53,849 nucleotides of DNA, taken from NCBI GenBank assembly GCA_021432655.1, contig MU271489.1, forward strand, positions 1 through 53,849, given 5' to 3'. A model generated the notes under the pieces. The model was not told the DNA's origin. It searched no databases and saw only the letters and a program-made list of their open reading frames with translations. The first letter of the stretch is position 1, and each line of letters begins with the position of its first letter. Of the stretch, positions 1-13,522 are shown piece by piece. The stretch is from Atractiella rhizophila (Eukaryota). The position numbers were made by a program, and so were the translations under genes.

Positions 1-221
1 TTTTTTTCCATCGGAAAACTGCATCAACCCCTTCATTCAGCGTTTCAGTTTTCATATGGTGGTCTTATTGGGATATTCTTCGATCAGTCATTTTTGATGC
101 TTGATTCCTCGTCTTGAATGCTCCCCGTCTCACTCAGTTCGACTGCTTGTTGTAGAGTATGATACACAGATCCAGCGGTACAATCGCAATACAGAAGTCG
201 ATTTTCTCCTTGTAGTTTTGA

Positions 222-886
222 TCACAGTTCCTCCTCTGTCGTTCCCATCGTTTCGTCCGCAGCGCATGAGACGTTGTCGTTGTCTGGTGAATGGTCCATC
301 TCGAACTTGGTTGCGGATTGTTCGGTTGCCATCGATATGCGATCCCATCCAACGTCGATCTCGACGAGCTTTCCAGTTCGAGCAGAGATCAAGAGAGCGA
401 GCATATGCTTGCACTACCACACCAAAACGTTATAATTACTCTCTCAAGGCTAGCTGCGATCAGGACGCACAGTGACCGCTTCTCCAGTGGCCATGACGCC
501 GCGAACAAAAGCTACACAAGGACAAAAACTAACTCTCCCTTCTTGAACCATGTATCCTTGTTCTGAAGGAGGTTCGGACGCGAAGGGAGGGAGTACGGTG
601 TAGAGCACCGTGTTCCCTTGGACTTGATACAGTTTTCTCCCGTTGGGCAACTTCGCGCAGGTCACTGCGATTTCTTTCAGTTTAGTGTTCAAATTCAAGA
701 TTGAAAGATTGAGAGTCGATGTGACGCGCCTTCTTCGCGGTCTATGAGCTCTAAAGTGTTCAGGGCCAGGTTTTGGTTCGTCAGTCGGTACAAGGCCGTG
801 ACGAATTCTTTCGTGACCCCAGTCCGTGGGGTCAGCCTGTTGATGTGGTGGTAAAGCATAGACCGTACGATGGAATGAGATTCCAT
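222..886 (-). CDS. sws1: SWIM zinc-finger protein, Sws1/ZSWIM7 homologue (Shu complex); 3 exons
   Basis: Exons 886-730, 664-471 and 413-222 give ...LALNTLELIDREEVTCAKLPNGRKLYQVQG...FCPCVAF...VTCKHMLALLIS, a CxC-x(n)-CxH SWIM motif in Sws1-like context. Introns are 729-665 (GC-AG) and 470-414 (GT-AG). Confidence 0.8.
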
Positions 887-1599
887 GGCGAAGGAAGTAG
901 ACTTGAGCAAATCATGGATGTTTTCCCCAAAAGAGAACTTGAAGTCACATGACCTGACTCCATTGGATTGGTTTAAGGTTAAGCTGCGCCAGTTTCCGTG
1001 AAGTGAAATAGAGTTTGGAACAAGGTTAGATAAGAGCAGGCTTCTCTTTCCATCCTTCGCCAGCGTCTTCGAGGATATCCAGGATCATTGGCAACAGCTT
1101 TACCACTGGGCTGCCTATCACCACAGGAGGACTCTCAAGAAACCAGCCACCACTACGCTCTCTACCCAATCTCTCTTTTCCCACTTCGGAACCCGTTCTG
1201 CGGTGCGTCTCGCGTTTTTTTCGCAGCGGCAGACCCCTTTCTCATATATATCGTCGTCGGGAAGCAGCTCGAGTTCCCGTCTTCGCTCTCGCTCTCTTCA
1301 ACCTCAGAACGACACAACGACCAGCCAAATCATCGATTTTTCGTACATCTGAGAATACCTGAATTCTTTCGTTTTCTTCGGTCTTTTCAGTCGTGACACA
1401 GTGACGTTACCACTTTCCTACGTTTCGACCCAAAATTAAAGATTTTCGACTCGAGGACTGGTGTAGTGATGTCTAGTGTATTGGTCACAGGTTGGGAGAG
1501 GGGATTGAAGGCGGGTGTAGGAGCTCTCGAGGTGGGTTCTCACTTGGAATCTCCGAACGTAGGGCTGACGTTCGTTCGAATTGGGAACAGGCGATTAGC

Positions 1600-2588
1600 A
1601 TGGGGGATTCTTGCTTGAGGCAAGGGCTCTATGCCACGTCTCCGGATGCTGCCAGAAAGATGGTCAGTCTGCTTCTCCTTCTCCTTTGTCCCCATCCCAA
1701 ATGTTATCGCGTCTCCATCGCCGAGCGGAATTCGGACACACGCTCACGCGACATGTTGGGATGTTGGGCTGGGACAGGCAGGGTCCGAGGTTTCACCACT
1801 GCAAGACACCTTCGACGTCCTCGGACTCGTCCATTGGATCAATGGACGATGACGAGACGGCTTCAGACGCATCTGGAGCCGAGACTGAAGCGACAGAAAT
1901 CGGCGAAAATGAAGACTTTCTCGACTCCAAACCCATCCAACATTCTTTTGAAAGCCACTCTCCCCTCCCTCCCTCTCCTCATCAGCCTCTCCCTAACCTT
2001 CGTCGCCCCATCCCAAAGGTCATCAAGCCCACGTCAACCCATTATTCGCTCAAGGATCTTCCCTACGATCCCATCCCTACTCCTCCTACGTTCAACCCCG
2101 CTACTACTCAGGACATCGCTCGTTTCCCGGTTCATTCCACTGTCAATGGTCTTTCTCATGGTACCGACGTCGAAAGAAGGCTCCTGCGCATGAAGACTGC
2201 ATCTCCTTCTACGCACTTGCCCTTGAACCGATTGGCAATCATGAACTCTTTCGGTGGATACCTTGACAGGAGACAAGAAAGCATTAACACGGAATGCGTC
2301 CAGCTCAGGATGCAGATGCAATCTCTGCTCACCATGCCCCCCAACTGGATGGTTTTGAAACAAGCGGAATGGATCACGAAGAGGATGGAATTTTTGTCTT
2401 GGATTAACGCCTCCACCCCTGGGATGAAGGTGGAATTTGATGGACTTTATCAAAAGGCTGAAGATAGGTTTGCGGACGCGAAATGGAATGAGTGGGAGGC
2501 GAAGAAGGAGGAGTTGGAGGGATTGAAAGAGGAGGGAGTCGAGAAGGAGAATAAGAGGAAGAAGGAGTTGGAGGTCATCGTGGCTTGA
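1600..2588 (+). CDS. Hypothetical protein: acidic/Pro-rich middle and charged coiled-coil-like C-terminus; 5' exon structure uncertain
   Basis: Long open frame to TGA at 2588. A probable intron near 1663-1780 (gtcagt...cag) joins ...AARKM to GPRFHHCK. No recognised family. Confidence 0.5.
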
Positions 2589-4236
2589 AGAAGATGGGTC
2601 TCATTTGGTCTCGTTGAAGGAGGGAGGTGAGGGGACTAGATTGATTGTTTGATTGAGGTGAAATCGGATGAGGGAGAGGAGAGGGAAGGCGATGTAGAGA
2701 ACTCGATCGTTTCGCACGTCTCGTCTCGAATAACTGTTAACCAATCTTCGAATTCTTGGATGTGTTTATAGCCCTTTCCTTCCACCACCACCGCTGACGC
2801 CTGGACGCTAACATCGTCCACCATTACGAACGCGCTCTTTCGTTCGACTGTTTTTCAGAATTGATTTGACTTTGTGTGATAGCTGTTATCCTTTCTTCAT
2901 TTCTCTGATCAAATCACTGGAATCCCTGATCTCATTGTCATTCTTTTTCTTTCCTGCCCGATTGAAATATCTATACAAGTTTTGAACACGGATACGGTAT
3001 GCTCCTTCGCCTCTTGGCTAAGCTCAGCTGCGAACTTGGGAACTCGAAGAGAGGAATTATGGCCCATTCGCTTCAAGCTCATGATTGACAAGCTATAAAA
3101 AACGATTTTCATTTTGATTACTTGAAATCGTCTACGAAACTCGATCAATCAATCAATCAAGGGGATGCATGAGATCATGAGAGTCAGATCATGAGAGTCA
3201 GTTCTTCCACAATCCTGCAATTTCCCTGCGGCCGAAGATAATTCACTGAACATCCCCAAATCGAGCTGTCACAATGACAGCGAGATTGATATGATAATTT
3301 GAACATAGCATCTACCTGGTTGGCCTGATCACAGACCGTCTCCAGGCAGCAGCTGTTGCGGAGTGATGCTCCCCGTATCTGGCAACTTGAATATCCCACC
3401 ATGATTGTAAGCAACTTGAACGCATCAATTCTCCACAACTGTGCAACTTGAACAAATACGACCAGTGCTTAAAAAAGAATATCCTACCAGAGATGAATTC
3501 AAAGTCTTTCAAGATGGCGATTCGCGAAAAGGTGGTCTAGCTCGCTTAAGGCCAGCATACCCAACCGCAGAATTGCTGTCAGACCCGACGCCATCACTTA
3601 CCTTCAAACCGGCGGATATGGAGGCGGGCTGGAATCCGTTACTAATAATCAATCTCAAACTGTTATCTTCCACACCTGACTGAGCACCCAGTCACAAACG
3701 ACTTGCTGTATTGTTATTAAGTTGTTATCTGATCTCTTCTCTTCTGCCCAATCAAGAGTTGAGTGAGCCTCATCATGTTCAAATACCTTTGGCATTTCAG
3801 TAGCGCCCCTCTTGGGCCGGCCGCTTTATCATCTATTTGTTGCATCTTGGCAGGCAGCCGTATTTTCAAAACCGGGTTCCATGCTTGGAGCCTCTTGCGG
3901 ATTTGGGAGCTGATAATCAGCACTGAGGCCGTCACGGGGTTTTTATGCCGGTACCTCATTTTCTTAGAGCTTCCGTGGAAGGATTAGATTGCTTTGTATG
4001 CTGAAGGCGCTGAACATCAGTGTGTCGACTTCGGGGGCGATATGCACTTTCTAAGATTCTAATCCAATCATTTTTCTATGTCCCTCACGCAAGAGGTGCG
4101 GGCCCGTTGTTTGACCGGAATCAGCCCAGACGTTACGTTAGAGAAGTTATTTAGCGTGGTAAGCGAATTACCATGATGAGCAAGCTTACGGAGCGGCCAC
4201 CTAATCCCAGTTGCCCAGAGCCGCTCAGGACGAAGG

Positions 4237-4242
4237 TATAAA
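4237..4242 (+). promoter_or_regulatory. Putative TATA box of the AIF-like gene
   Basis: TATAAA about 90 nt upstream of the ATG at 4328. Confidence 0.4.
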
Positions 4243-4327
4243 GTGTATTGAGCTCATCCACAGACCTCAACACTATCTCCTCTCGTCTCAAGTTACCAAC
4301 TGAGGGATTACAGAATCTTGAACTGCA

Positions 4328-5842
4328 ATGGCCAACTACAAAAACGTTGTCGTCGTAGGAGCTGGACCTACCGCTTTGGAAACGGTAGGACTTCTGCTGA
4401 AGAAACTTCCTTCCGACCACCGCATCGTCCTGGTGGAAGCCAACGACTTTGCCTACTGGCCTCTCGGTTCCCTACGTGCTTCAGTCGTGAGTCCCCCTTC
4501 ATCTGACAATGCCTAATTTTTGGCTGATGGACGCATATGGCAGGTCCCAGGTTGGGAAGACGAAATCATTGTTCCTTTGAAACTCTCCAAGCTGATTTCA
4601 GCTCCTCATATCCTTTTGGCCGGAACACCAGTCCAAACTATCACGGATGACGAAGTAATCCTCGAGGCTGGTGTCCAAGGCTTCGAGAGCGGTCGCATTC
4701 CTTATGCTTATTTAGTGATTGGAACTGTAGGCATTTACTTTACACCGTATTACCGTTCAAAATTTAACCTCATTCTGTGTTTAGGGATCCCAGTACAACG
4801 CTCCTTGCAGACCCCCTAAGGAAGCGAAGTCCATCGAAGATGTGAAGGCGTACTTGCGAGGATTGCAAGAGGAAGTCAAACGAGCGAAGAGCGTTCTTGT
4901 TGTTGGCGGTGGACCAGTTGGTATTGAGGTGTGCCGATTTCTTTCCCTATTCCGCTCATTACTGAAAGGCAACGTCAGTTCGCTGGAGAAGTGAGGTCGC
5001 GGGTACGTTGCCCTCTTCATTCAATGTTGCTTCCACTAATTCAGGTTGTTGCGTGCAGTATCCCAAGAAACCTATCACGCTTGTCTCAGCGGCTAAGACA
5101 CTCCTCTCTCCTTCCGGCATGGACGAGAAACCGAAATTGGCGAGCAATTTGGCCGATCAATTGAAGAAGCAGGACATCGACCTCGTATTCAATGAAAGAC
5201 TTGACATCTCTGGTCTATCAACTGGCCTACTGGATCAGGGCGAAATTTTCACGCTGACAAATGGGCAGACTATCACAGGTACATCCGCCCTTTTTGTGGG
5301 AACTTCGGGCTAATAACCCTCTACAGCGGATTTCGTCTTCCTTGCAACAGGGAACAAAGCATCAGTTCCAATTCTTGAAGGGTACAGACCCGACGCCGTA
5401 TCGAAGAATGGGCGGGCTGCTGTCAGCCCAACACTTCAGCTGAAGGGCAGCAACAATATTTTCGTGGTTGGAGACGCGACTGATGTGAAAGAACTGAAGG
5501 TTTGTGCAAGTGCCCTGCAGTCTAGGTTGCATACTGACGATGTTGGGCAGACTACCATCAATGGGAAAAGACAAGCCCTCTCATTGCCGCTAACATTGTT
5601 GCTTCTATCAAGTCCTTGCCTCTGAAAGAATACACCCCAGGACCGCCTCAAATGGCAGTTACAATTGGTACAAAGGGAGGAGCGGGGGTACTTATGGGTA
5701 TGACTGTCGGTGTAAGATATTTCTCTTCTCCGAACTCGGACACACGGGTCTGACGCTGGAATAGGCATTCATGATCAAAAACGTCAAAGGCGGGAAACTT
5801 TTCGTCCCTATGTGGACTAAATCACTGAAAGTAGACAAATGA
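4328..5842 (+). CDS. AIF/AMID (FSP1)-like FAD/NAD(P)H pyridine nucleotide-disulfide oxidoreductase, multi-exon
   Basis: N-terminal VVVVGAGPTA fold, YAYLVIGTG, second Rossmann motif VLVVGGGPVGIE, NIFVVGDA, and C-terminal FMIKNVKGGKLFVPMW...KVDK* (TGA 5840-5842). Confidence 0.85.
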
Positions 5843-6142
5843 CTAGCAGATGGCAATGCTCCCCAGCCTGCCAGCGTACTCTCGTTCATTCTTCGTCCTT
5901 CTATCTTCATTCCTTCGACAGCGTTTTTATGTCTTTCCTTAGCCTACCTGTTTCAGCAAAAGAGCTTGCAGTAATCTTTATTTAAACTGTGAATCTTATG
6001 TTCGGGAACTTTGGACCTAGACCTTAATTAGGTGAAAAGCTAGACTTTGCAAAAGCATACAACAAGAGAACGTAATTTTGACTTCACAACTGACGAAAGG
6101 ATGTACTTGCACAGCAATAAGAAAAAATAAAGGTACAGCTAC

Positions 6143-8427
6143 TCAGACAAATCCGTACGGGCGTGAATTCGTTGAGTTGGACCGCACATGGGTGAATGCA
6201 GGTCGAGGGTCTGTAGGGGTCGGAGTGTGTCGATCGCGGATCTGAAGAGGGGGAGTGGAGGACATAGAAATGACACTGCTGTTCTGAAGAGAATCGGCTG
6301 AGGGACGGCGTGGACGATAAACATTTGGACGAGGTCCATCCATGCTCGTCGTACCTCGAACTGCAGTCACGTTCTGCGTGATGGGACTCTGACGAGCCCT
6401 CCACGAATCAACGGCGGTGGAGCGTTCACTATTGGCACTCCCAGAACGAAGTCTTGTGGATTCAGCTATCCTCGGCAACGCTGGACTAGGGGTCTGCCTG
6501 GAAGCAGATGCTGGAGAGTCGAACGAGGGTCTGCGTTGTGGAAGTGGAGGACTCGGAACTTGCCTCGAGGCGGCGGTTGAGCTGCCCAAAAATGGTTTGG
6601 ATTGCGGAGCTGAAGGTGCCGGTGCTCCTGGTCGCGCGATAACGATTGACGAGTGAAATGGCGCAGCAGCAGGATGGGACGAATGTGCTGTAGCAGCAAC
6701 AGGTTTCCAAGGTTTCCAAGTCGCCTCTGGTGCTGAATGCTCAAAGAAATCAGGTCCGTTCTGCGAAACCATTGATGATTCCTTCGCTTCACCGCGGATG
6801 GCTTTTGCGAGTGGAGAGCTGGTGGATGGACGCAGAGGTTCCATGTCACCATTTTGAGGCATAGTGAACGACACCTTCATCGATTCTGCTTTTTGATGCC
6901 CACTACGAGCTCCAGTGACCGGTGGGCTGGCAATGACAGTTTGAGGTAAACGTGGCTGATCGGCAATGTTCCTCATTTCCACTTGCGTGCTCTCTTGTAC
7001 AGGGCTCTGAAGAGGGTTTTTCTAAGTGAATTTGTGAGGAGGAAGAAAGGCACACCTGCAACATTAGGGATGTCATGCTTCCTTCTGTTCCTTGGCGCCG
7101 CATGCGGGTCGTAGAATTGATGCTCTTCTCGGTTATGTTTCTGGTCTCCACGTTATCGCGAGTCAAAAGGGTAGGAGATTTGGGGCTATTCCGGAGCAGG
7201 AGATTGAACATCATCGTCAGCACGTCTAATCGTAGGAATCAGTGCAGTTCCTGTCACAGGCAACAGATTTCTTACAGCCATGACCTAAATAATCACGAAC
7301 GTTAGTGTTGTCTTGTGAAGGTATACAGGTCTTACCAAGTGGGAAAGCGATTCCAGGTGCAATATTGCTCTCCTTCTTTGAGAGAAAGGCAAAAAGGACC
7401 GACAGCGCCCATAAACTTGTGAATGTACCTAAATCAGTTTCAGGGATTTCCATGCAGACAGGGGGATGATAACGTATAACGTACCTGTCTCCACCGTTGT
7501 GATGATGAGGTCAGCAATAACACTGAATCCCGTCATTAATGATCAAACAAAACGGCGCAGACTCACGATTTGGTCCCCAAGTTGTTGGTACGTTTCCTCC
7601 ACTTCAGTAGCGATGCGGTCAGAAAGGCCGCTATAAGCACATCGGTTCCTGAAGACGAAGACAGGAAGATGATGACAATAGTTGTGAGTTTATTGCGGTC
7701 GTGGATCAGGTCGAAGCGAAAATTGAATATGGTAAGCGTCACACAGCTCGCAAGCTTTTCGTTTCATGGTTAGTCATGAAGAGAGTGAAGAGTAGGGGAA
7801 GGCAAACCGAAAGCAGGATACACAGACCAAGAAAAATAGTGATAAAGATGTTCCGTGAGAGTCGGTAATATCGTGAAACCAAATACGTCTGAACTACGGT
7901 TCCAAGAGCGCCTACAAGGGTTGTGAGCTGGATTGATAGACAGAGTAAATAACACATACCAACGAGGATCTCGTAACGTGGTAGAGACTTGTCTTGTGAG
8001 GTGAGATAGTTGAAATTTCCCCTGCAGTTATAGTTAAGGCTTCCGTTGCAATCTACCAGACCAGAACGAACCAGAACGAAATCGTATACTTGTAAACAAT
8101 CAAAATTTCCGTAATCATTAGAAATGTTGACGTGACTGCGGCCTAAATTGATGCCGTGAACACCATGCCCACAGTGGTCCAGAGAAATCTCACGAAGACG
8201 ACGCTGTATCTCAACAGCCAATGATCGGAATACCAAAAACGAGTGACATAGTGAAATATCAGCACAACGGCACATGTCCAAAAACTATTTCCTTGTTAGT
8301 TCAAGCGAATACTTGAATAATTGCCTCCGTACACGGTAGCAAGGTAAGACCCCAGCGAAAGTGGGCCAGCGACGAGGTCTACAAGTTCTTGGACATTTAC
8401 AACCGTGCCGTTGATCGTCGTGCTCAT
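6143..8427 (-). CDS. DUF6534-family fungal multi-pass membrane protein with a long Ser/Pro-rich C-tail
   Basis: MSTTING...GPLSLGSYLAT; VQTYLVSRYYRLSRNIFITIFLG; FSVIADLIIT; ETGTFTSLWAL...AFPLG...VLTMMFNLLLR. Short exons join to the 6903-7223 and 6143-6982 ORFs. Confidence 0.7.
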
Positions 8428-10797
8428 ATCGTCTCCAAAGGACCTTGAAGGGGGTATGCACTTTTGCACCACTTCCTGCACTGAGGACGAGAAAGACGAC
8501 ACCGATGACAGCTTCTCACTTTTGTAGGAAACGGCAACACCGGCACTTTGCGATGCAAGCAAGGGTAGGATCGGGGTACGTAATGCCTGTGTGAAAAGTC
8601 TGGAGTAATTGGCTTCAGACTAGGATATGAGATCTTATCAGTCGGATATCATTAAACTGAACCGGAACTGACGAGTGGGCTGAGTGAACTTCCAACCATG
8701 CTGTGGAATCGGAGTCGGCTGTCAAACCGCCTCGTTAGGATTGCCTAGCCATCGAGTATTAAGCACGACATCCGCAAACACAGCGTCAAATTGGCTAGCC
8801 CATTTCATAACAAACACGGTTATGGGGATCTCGAATGTCGCACACAGTGTAGACTTACTACAAGTAGACCGTGTCTCATCAAAAAGGGGGGGTTTTTGAG
8901 GCTCACATACTTCGTTCAACCTTCAATGTTCAACTTCAACCACTGCTAGGGTATACGAAACCGTTTTGTCATTCACCAAGAGCTCATCCACAACGGAATT
9001 GTACGCAAAAACTACGGAAGTTATAAACTCAGTTCTAAACGAGAGCCAAGCTTCATGTCAGAAGGTAAATGTGGTAGCCATGGACATGGAGTTTGTGAGC
9101 AATGTGCGCCAGCGAGGCTTCACCCAGAAGTCAGAAGTCCACTTGCATCAGGTTTCTTTGTCTAATGAAAGCTTTCAAAACAAAGAGTAGCACTAATCAA
9201 CCCGTCGTCCCGTCCCGTTCACCCGAAACGACAGATCCTGCAGCAGATTCAATATATGGCTGACTCACAGGGCTCAATGTTCAACTTCCCATCCATTTCA
9301 TCCTCCAAAGCCAAATCTACATTGCCACATCCCAAACTACCTATTCTTCTCGTAATGTAACGTAAGTAAATTATGCTCAAAATGATCTCAACGCTCTCGC
9401 CGCGGTTTCGACAACTCTTGAAGCCATTTGAGGGCCAGCGACGGTTAGCGTTTTCTGATTCGCTGCCTAAGCTTGGTAGGAGCTCGAGGAAGAGATTAAT
9501 GTCCAAGTGGCGGACTTGTGTGTTAGGTAGAATACAAGGCAACCCATTTTATTTGCAGGCTGAGCGGGTGGTTAACTCGCTGCAGAGATAAACCTGGTTG
9601 TAGTAAGGACGTCGATTCAAAGACGCAAGAGAACAGTCAAGCGAGCATCATCCTGTACATTCACGGATCCACATAACAGCCGATGTCTCACCACATGCCT
9701 GCTGGACCGCAAGACGTCGTACGTTACATGCATTGTGCAAATTGCTGTCCAAACTTTTGCTTGACTCTTTAACCAGTTGACATTGTCGTAAAGCCAACGT
9801 GAACATCTTAGACAAGCAAACTGAGAGGGAATTTGGTCTTCCAGCATTTTCACTATCCGATATTTGCGTTTAGATTCAGAATCACATGACTTTTGAACAG
9901 CTCACAGCAGCGCTCCAAACAGATATTAGAATTCTGGTGATTGTACGCCAGGCAAGAGCGAAATTAAGTGTCGCGGGAGGTGACTTGCAGGTACCTTATA
10001 TCTGGCAGCTAGGTACGCTCAGTTCTACGATGAAACTTCAGCGTCTCGGGAAATGGACAGACATTCTTACGACCCCTTCTTCCCGCTAACTCTTCTGAGT
10101 TATTGGAATGATTGATCTGGATGAGACCATGGGCTCACTCATAAAATAGTTTCCCTTATTAGGATTCCTTGCTCCTCCTGCTCTGCTAATAGCCGGCAGT
10201 ACTCCATTCGATGGTCCATTGTTCTTAGATTTACCGTCGAAGACGGCTTAGGCTGCGACTCGCTCAGCAGACAGCAGAGTTAGATAACATTGCGGAACAT
10301 TCATCAGTATTTATTGGTTTGATGGTGCCAGTCATTACGCGAACCTTTATTCATGTAAAATTGGAAGAGGACCTTGTGATGAGGCTCAGTTTTGCCGTAT
10401 TTCCTATATGACTGTTATTTCTTATGATGATGGCGCATAGCATATGCACCGATCAAATCCGAATTTGCTGCCCAATCAAAAATGAAATGGGCATCGTGGC
10501 CTCCACCTCCACTCAGTGACGGTGCGGCGAGTTGCCTCCACTGCATGAGGTGAGCTACCCACCCGCTTTGATTCATAATCCCTTGATGTCTAACGGCTGT
10601 AGGCACCTTCCACCTCGCATGATGAGAGAGTATGAGAGCCATCCTTGATTACTCTGCCTGTGGAACCACAAATGTACCATGTGTAATACTGTGATGAGAA
10701 AGCATCCGAGCGATATAAGAATGGAGGGAGTAGTCTTCCACCATTCACTCGAATAGAGGAGCGATAGCCGACCAGAAGAAGTTATATTCGATTCAAG

Positions 10798-12062
10798 ATG
10801 TCTCAGAAAACTCAACTAGCAGTTGTCTGCACCGGCACAAAGAGAGAACTGAGGAGGGTCCCCATCCACACGCCAGACAAAGGGGAAGTGCTGGTGAGAA
10901 ACGTAGCTGTCGCTTCCAACCCCAAAGACTGGAAGTATCCTGTCTACAACGTGGAATGGAATGGCTTCGAATGGTCCGCTGTGGAAGGGAGTGACGTGGC
11001 TGGGTATGTTGAAGAGGTGGGAGAGGGAGTGACCAATTTCAAGATAGGTGATAAAGTAAACTTTCTGTAGGCCACCTATTTGAAGATTAATCTTAAAGCA
11101 TTGAACGTTAGGTCGCTGGATTTTCAACCACGATTCAGCACAGTAAATATGGAGGATATCAGCAGTACACACTTGTCCCAGCGACAACACTCTTTCCACT
11201 TCCTCCTGGTTGCACCTTCGAAGAAGCGTCCACATACCCGTTGGCATTCGGGACTGCTGCACTTGGTTAGTAGCTTCTTGTGTTGTCAAGATAATCCATG
11301 GCACCTCAAGCTAATCCTTTCTCACAGGACTTTTCCGACAATTACAACTTCCAACTCCTCTCGATCCTGTCCAGCCCGACAAAACCTTTCCAATCATTGT
11401 CTGGGGTGCGAGCTCTAGCGTTGGAGCGTTCGCGGTTCAACTCGCCAAGGCGGCAGGCTTGCAGGTTATCGGTGTGGCTGGAAGTGCGAGCGATTATGTT
11501 CGGGAAATAGGGGCAGATGATGGTGAGCCATCAGCTCAGGACATGATTTCAACTTAAGGTCTGTACAGTTGTTGATTATCGAAACAAATCTTCCTCCGAA
11601 TTAGTTTCGGCCCTCAATTCCGCCCTTGGAGGAAAAGGAGCGACCGTCAGAGCGGTATATGACGCGATTTCCGAGTCTTCCGTCGTCGAGGCCATTGTCC
11701 AATTCCTCTCTGAGAAGAAGGAAAAGGGGACGTTTGTTAGCGTTCTTCCAACGCCCGTTAAGCTTCCGGATGACGGCCACGTCGCTCGCTTCTTCACTAT
11801 CGCTAGAGCCGTCCACGAAGGTAGTCCTTTCGAGTCTTTCGGCGGAATGAGGTTTGAAGCTGGCCTTGAGTTTGGGAGAGAGTGGTACGCATGGCTTGGG
11901 AGGGAAGGGAAGAACAAGATCAAGCCAAATAGGGTGAGGGTAATACCTGGAGGATTGGAAGGCGTCGATGAAGGACTCATTTTGTTGGAGAAGGGGAAAG
12001 TGTCAGGTGAGAAATTGGTGTACAGGATTGCTGAGACGAAATCACTAAGCCAAGACCAATGA
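10798..12062 (+). CDS. Enoyl-reductase-like NADPH-dependent MDR oxidoreductase (LovC/TOXD/YNL134C-like), copy 1
   Basis: VLVRNVAVASNPKDWK, GSDVAGYVEEVGEGV, IIVWGASSSVGAFAVQLAK and GKVSGEKLVYRI motifs; four short introns. Confidence 0.88.
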
Positions 12063-13522
12063 TGTTCGTTAAGTATAATTGGGTCATTGCATTGTCCAAT
12101 CTTTTTCTTCGTCGACCTTCGGTCCTCTTGATGTTCCACTCGCTCTTACGCTTCACTTCGTTAATCCATCTTAATTGTGAATCAGACCGTGCTTCGAGAG
12201 TGGTTAACTCGAGATCTAAACTATGTTGTAGCAACGAAGTGGTCACAGACGCAGCAGAACCTGGCAGAACAGTCAATCAAGCAATACCATGTCGTGCATT
12301 CACAGATATACATAACATTTACCACTACCCACGAGCACCCATCCTTTGACATCAAAGCAAGAAGATCCAAACCACTTTCATTCTTGAACTTCCGATAACG
12401 CCAACCTCAACATCTTGGAGACATAGCCCAAATTGAACGTAGACATTTGAATTGTTCCATCACATGACCCTTGTACAGGGCCCTTGTGCTGTGCCGAGCA
12501 TTAATTGATATATATTGATAAAGATTTCGCTACCAGTTGCGACATAGACCGTTTGATCGTTAGAGCTGTTTCGGGTTAATAAGTAGACGCAGGTCAAGCA
12601 TCAGGCAGGAGTGCTAGTGAGAGTTGGAGCAGCGTTGAGGGGACATACAGACAGACGCAATGGTTGTAGGGGACATAAACATAGAAATGCATAGTTGCAA
12701 GGATGGACCAGGTAGTTACGCTCTTAGTTCTCTGGTAGACATGAATATGACTGGAGCTTTTGAATTCGACTGGATGTTTCGGGGGCTGCTGAGTCTGGGA
12801 GTTCATAAAAAGTGCAGTCTGTTCTGTACTTTCTTCCACCTCGTCCCAGGCTATTCTGAACGATTGATCGGAACGTGGCCAACACTTCTTGCAAGATTTC
12901 ATTCTAACTTCATGAATCATCACGTCCTGCGGTGCAGATTAAATGCTTATTCCTGCCTCTCGCCATGACAAGCAGTATTCCTTAGATGGTGGTCTCTCCC
13001 TCTCAAATTTGTGGTTGAAGTGGCTGTGCTTTTGTGGGCACCTCGGCGTGGACCTCATTCAAGGAGGAAAGCACACAACTCCCGCAGCGTTTGGCAACAT
13101 TTATCGATGACGCGTTTGGTAACAATGAGGGTTGCGCCGACGTGGTAGAGAAAAGAGTAAAAGAGGTATCCCTCAAAATCCAAGCCGATCAAAACGCCGA
13201 CCTGTTGCCAGATCCCCACTCCTTTCATGACAGCCGCTAGCTCCACTTTGTGAAGTGGATCCTGGTGGATCACCACTTGCTTCGATTCATAATCCAATAA
13301 TGGCTCCGCCTGGACACTGCTTCCACCTAGAACGAGCAAGAGCCTTAGCTACTTAGTAACTTAGTTGCGTGGTGGTAGGCATTATTGATTAATGATTATT
13401 CTACCTGTGGTGCAAGAGGAGCAGAAGGTTACCACTGCGTGGATGAGGTCAGCAGGGACTGATGGACGATATAAGAGTGTACCTTTCAGCCATACTCAGC
13501 CTTCATCAAACGTCGATCGAAA

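Noticed and set aside
3144..3160. (TCAA)n microsatellite
   Set aside because: Only about four units; ordinary simple repeat.
12594..13339. Short ORFs between MDR copies 1 and 2
   Set aside because: No recognisable domain or consistent splice model; at most an unidentifiable relic.
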